This document shows, piece by piece, positions 45,938-48,946 of a stretch of DNA of 48,946 nt (positions within the stretch are counted from its first letter, which is position 1; every line of letters starts with the position of its first letter). Source of the stretch: Octopus sinensis (Eukaryota); NCBI RefSeq assembly GCF_006345805.1, contig NW_021831694.1:1-48946 (forward strand), written 5' to 3'. The notes beneath the pieces are model-generated. The model searched no databases and had not been told where the DNA came from. It saw only the letters and a list, made by a program, of their open reading frames with translations. Both the position numbers and the translations under genes were made by a program.

Positions 45938-46198
45938 GAAAATAGTAAAAAGTGAAAGAACTACAAAAGGCTTAAAGGTTAAAAAATATATATATTTGCG
46001 TCAATATGTCTGAAGAATATTAAAAAATTTTTTCTTACAATGACATAGTTTAGAATGAAAAGCTAAACGCGAAACCGGTCTTTCTTCTAAATTATGTAAG
46101 AAAAAAAAAATTTTAATATTCTTCAGACATATTGACGCAAATATATATATATTTTAACCTTTAAGCCTTCTGTAGTTCTTTCACTGTTTACTATTTTC
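45938..46198. mobile_element. 261-bp fold-back element with central hammerhead relic
   Basis: Arms 45938-46039 / 46095-46198; spacer has gc-taaac-gc-GAAA-CCGG-TC and tttagaa/ttctaaa but no CTGA. Confidence 0.8.
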
Positions 46199-46619
46199 AA
46201 CCACGTGCTTTCACAAACCAACTTTCTTATCTATATATATATACATAAGTTCAGCAAAATTTAGATTCAGATGAATATGGTACTTAAGTTAAAGGCACCA
46301 GAATTTTGTATGGTATTATCCATATAAATCAAATGGGGTGATATAATCAAAATAAGCAACAAGTATGTCCAAGGTATAGAGTAGTACAATTGTTTCATGC
46401 TACTTCATTTTATTAAACACTGTAAGTATTACATCAGTTTTAAAATTTCGAGCAATCTTCAGCCACATATAGAATTTTCCAATTAAACGGACAATGCACA
46501 TTCTTATCTCTATTTCATTTGCCAACATTATAAAGAGGGTAGATATATAGACAGAGAGGTTGATTTCACATATATATATCCATTCTCATGGATACATATA
46601 TATATATATATATATATAT

Positions 46620-46945
46620 CGACTCCTCCGTCTGTCACGAATGACCATTAGTGCACTTAAGAGGTTCCCCTCCGGGGTACAAGTCTGGGCCGAAAGTTGC
46701 CTCATCGGCGATCGCACAATCTAGGGTTGTTTTTAATGGAAGACCAGCAGTCGTCCATGCATACCAGCTTCCCCTCTCGCGCCACTGAAGTTATCCAAAG
46801 GAAAGGCAAAGGCCGATACAGCTTGGTACTAGTGACGTCGCAACTCATTTCTGCAGCTGAGTGAAATGAAGCAATGTAAATTAAACTGTCTTGCTCCGGG
46901 ATCGGAACTCATAGTCTCACGACCGTAAGGTCGATGCTCTAACCA
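46620..46945 (-). mobile_element. tRNA-derived SINE-E
   Basis: Revcomp gcatgactcagtggttagagcatcgacc..gagttccgatcccgg; core cactcagctgcagaaatgagttgcgacgtcac. Confidence 0.75.
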
Positions 46946-46993
46946 CTGAGTCATGCTCATTTACTATATATGTATATATATATATATATAATA

Positions 46994-47205
46994 CAGTGTA
47001 CATTTAAACACATTAAGAGGTATCCATCATAGGACTCCCTTACGCTAGAAGGAACAGCTAAAGTTTAGGAAATAGATGGCAAATGTTTTTATTTTTCATT
47101 CCCTTCGAGATTTTATCCCTAATTAGTGGTTTGAACTTTAGCTGTTCTTTCTAGCGTAAGAGAGTCCTATGATGGCTACCTCTTAATGTGTTCAAATGTT
47201 CACTG
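46994..47205. mobile_element. Tc1-like MITE
   Basis: TA|CAGTG...CACTG|TA with ~70-bp imperfect IR arms. Confidence 0.8.
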
Positions 47206-47355
47206 TATTTTTATATGAATAATATATAGTGTATTGACTAATTTTTTATACGCTGGGCCACTGGTTAGATAAATTTCAAAATTCTTTATTACCCTGATAT
47301 TATATATATATATATATATATTATATAATATATATATATATTATATATATATATA

Positions 47356-47524
47356 GTCAAAAATGTGACGACGGACGGTACTGACCAGCACCAGATATTG
47401 CTAGAAACAAGAGTTAAAATAAATTAAAAAGTAAAAGTACAGTGGTTTGTAGCTTGTGAGTTATTTTAACTCTTGTTTCTAGCAATAGTTGGTGCCGGTC
47501 ACTACCCTCCGTCACTTTTGTGAC
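47356..47524. repeat. Fold-back element (MITE-like)
   Basis: Arms contain attgctagaaacaagagttaaaataa / ttattttaactcttgtttctagcaat. Confidence 0.75.
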
Positions 47525-47577
47525 CTCTATTAACTTTGCCATAAGGTTCAAATTGCTAATAAGCCATCCATTTAATT

Positions 47578-47614
<37 letters not shown>

Positions 47615-47707
47615 AAGATAGGGGTTATGAGGGTAACCCAATATATATATATATTTCGTTTTTGTAAGGCTTGCAAGATTCTTTATGTGAAATCGTGTGT
47701 TGAAATA

Positions 47708-47960
47708 TTGGGTTGGTGCATAATTATTGCGGCTTTTTTTTTTTCAACAAATTTTATTCAACAAAAACAATAACAATATTTACCAAAAAACATCTTTAAA
47801 TGATGGTCTGACCATCTGGTAAACAAATGAGAAACAGTAATTGAAGTAGATGGTGAATATGCTCCGGAATAATAATTTAAAGTTGTTTTTGTTACATGTT
47901 ATTGTTTTTGTTGAATAAAATTTGCTGAAAAAATGTCGCAATAATTATGCACCAACCCAA
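47708..47960. mobile_element. Mariner MITE (Hsmar1/MADE1-like TIR style), 253 bp
   Basis: TA|ttgggttggtgcataattattgc ... gcaataattatgcaccaacccaa|TA; IR continues to ~70 bp. Confidence 0.88.
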
Positions 47961-48322
47961 TATATATGTGTGGGAGGGGGTGTAATTTAGGGTGTATTCC
48001 GTTAGGAACGTAGTGGAGGACAAAAGAGAGGTTTTAACCCTTAGAATTAAACGAGGCAGTTGGATATGTTAGCAACGAAGTCGAAGGTTTTGTAACTAAC
48101 GGGGACGGAAATTGTATATCACCTGAAGAAATACAACTGGATCCCATTATGCAAGTAAACCGTTGTTTAATTTAAAATCCTGTACACATGTAGATCTATG
48201 TTGTATGGAAACATGTGTAGTGATTATCAAATAACTGTCTAACAGCACTCTTTCTTATTGACTCTATCTTATTCAATATATATACACACACACAAAAAAA
48301 ATTCTATAATTACAAGTATAAT

Positions 48323-48409
48323 TATAATTAGGGTTCAGCAAAAATTTCTAAATGCTATTTCTAAATTTCGGTATGTGGTGAAGCAAATTTTTGCTGAACC
48401 CTAATTATA
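48323..48409. repeat. 87-bp fold-back
   Basis: tataattagggttcagcaaaaattt / aaatttttgctgaaccctaattata; the spacer sequence recurs at ~26425-26460. Confidence 0.8.
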
Positions 48410-48536
48410 GTTATCCTCATAATTACAGAATTTTGTATAAGTTACCGATAATGGTTCCTTTAACATACCGAACTACTTGGTAAAATTATAATTATTAAAT
48501 TTAATTATTTTACCCTTTATTATTATTATTTTATTA

Positions 48537-48658
<122 letters not shown>

Positions 48659-48659
48659 G

Positions 48660-48946
48660 CAATAAAGGGTGGAATATAATTAATTTAATAAAATTAATCA
48701 ATTTCACCTTGTAGATTTATCGGTATGGAAAGACCATATTGGTAAGGGTTATATAAATTAAAATTAAGGGTTAAATGCAATGTCGCTGGTCGTGCGGTGG
48801 TGTAACGGGTGAGTTTCCCCTAGCATTTCTAGATTTATAGGAAATATTATATTGGCAAGGAAATGACCTTCGGTTCTAATCAGAAACGATTTGTCTATAA
48901 TTAATCCATAGGCTGGGATTTCGTTATTTTCTGCCGTTTTTGCCAT
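48660..48946 (-). mobile_element. Possible PLE-type 3' fragment next to (TA)n, cut by the window end
   Basis: Abuts (TA)n; family suggested by recall only; the 60-aa ORF is not recognised. Confidence 0.3.

Noticed and set aside
46446-46462. CTGAAGA...GAAA on the minus strand
   Set aside because: Only TTGCTC lies between the boxes; no helix II or helix I can be formed.

Overview
AT-rich eukaryotic genomic window made almost entirely of interspersed repeats and microsatellites. The SINE families match, from recall and not from a search, those of Octopus (Octopodidae). No host protein-coding gene can be identified with confidence; I see only a few isolated exon-like segments. Supported content: (i) a full-length 2.0-kb pogo-type DNA transposon with perfect TIRs and a frameshifted transposase; (ii) several mariner/Tc1/hAT derivatives and MITEs; (iii) a Penelope-like RT pseudogene interrupted by a non-autonomous Helitron; (iv) CR1- and RTE-type LINE 3' ends; (v) about five tRNA-derived SINE families (my labels A-E), one forming 184-bp tandem arrays. 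The most striking signal is a set of unrelated fold-back elements, often abutting (TA)n, that carry type I hammerhead ribozyme motifs with self-complementary (dimer-type) helix III. Three hammerheads look intact: twin identical copies in a 1.2-kb palindrome at 21.7-22.9 kb, and one at 44.2 kb. At least five more are relics. A CR1-type LINE 3' tail shares sequence and a compensated hairpin with the SINE-B tail. All alignments and translations were done by eye. SINE and microsatellite boundaries are approximate; TIR, TSD and ribozyme coordinates were counted by hand.
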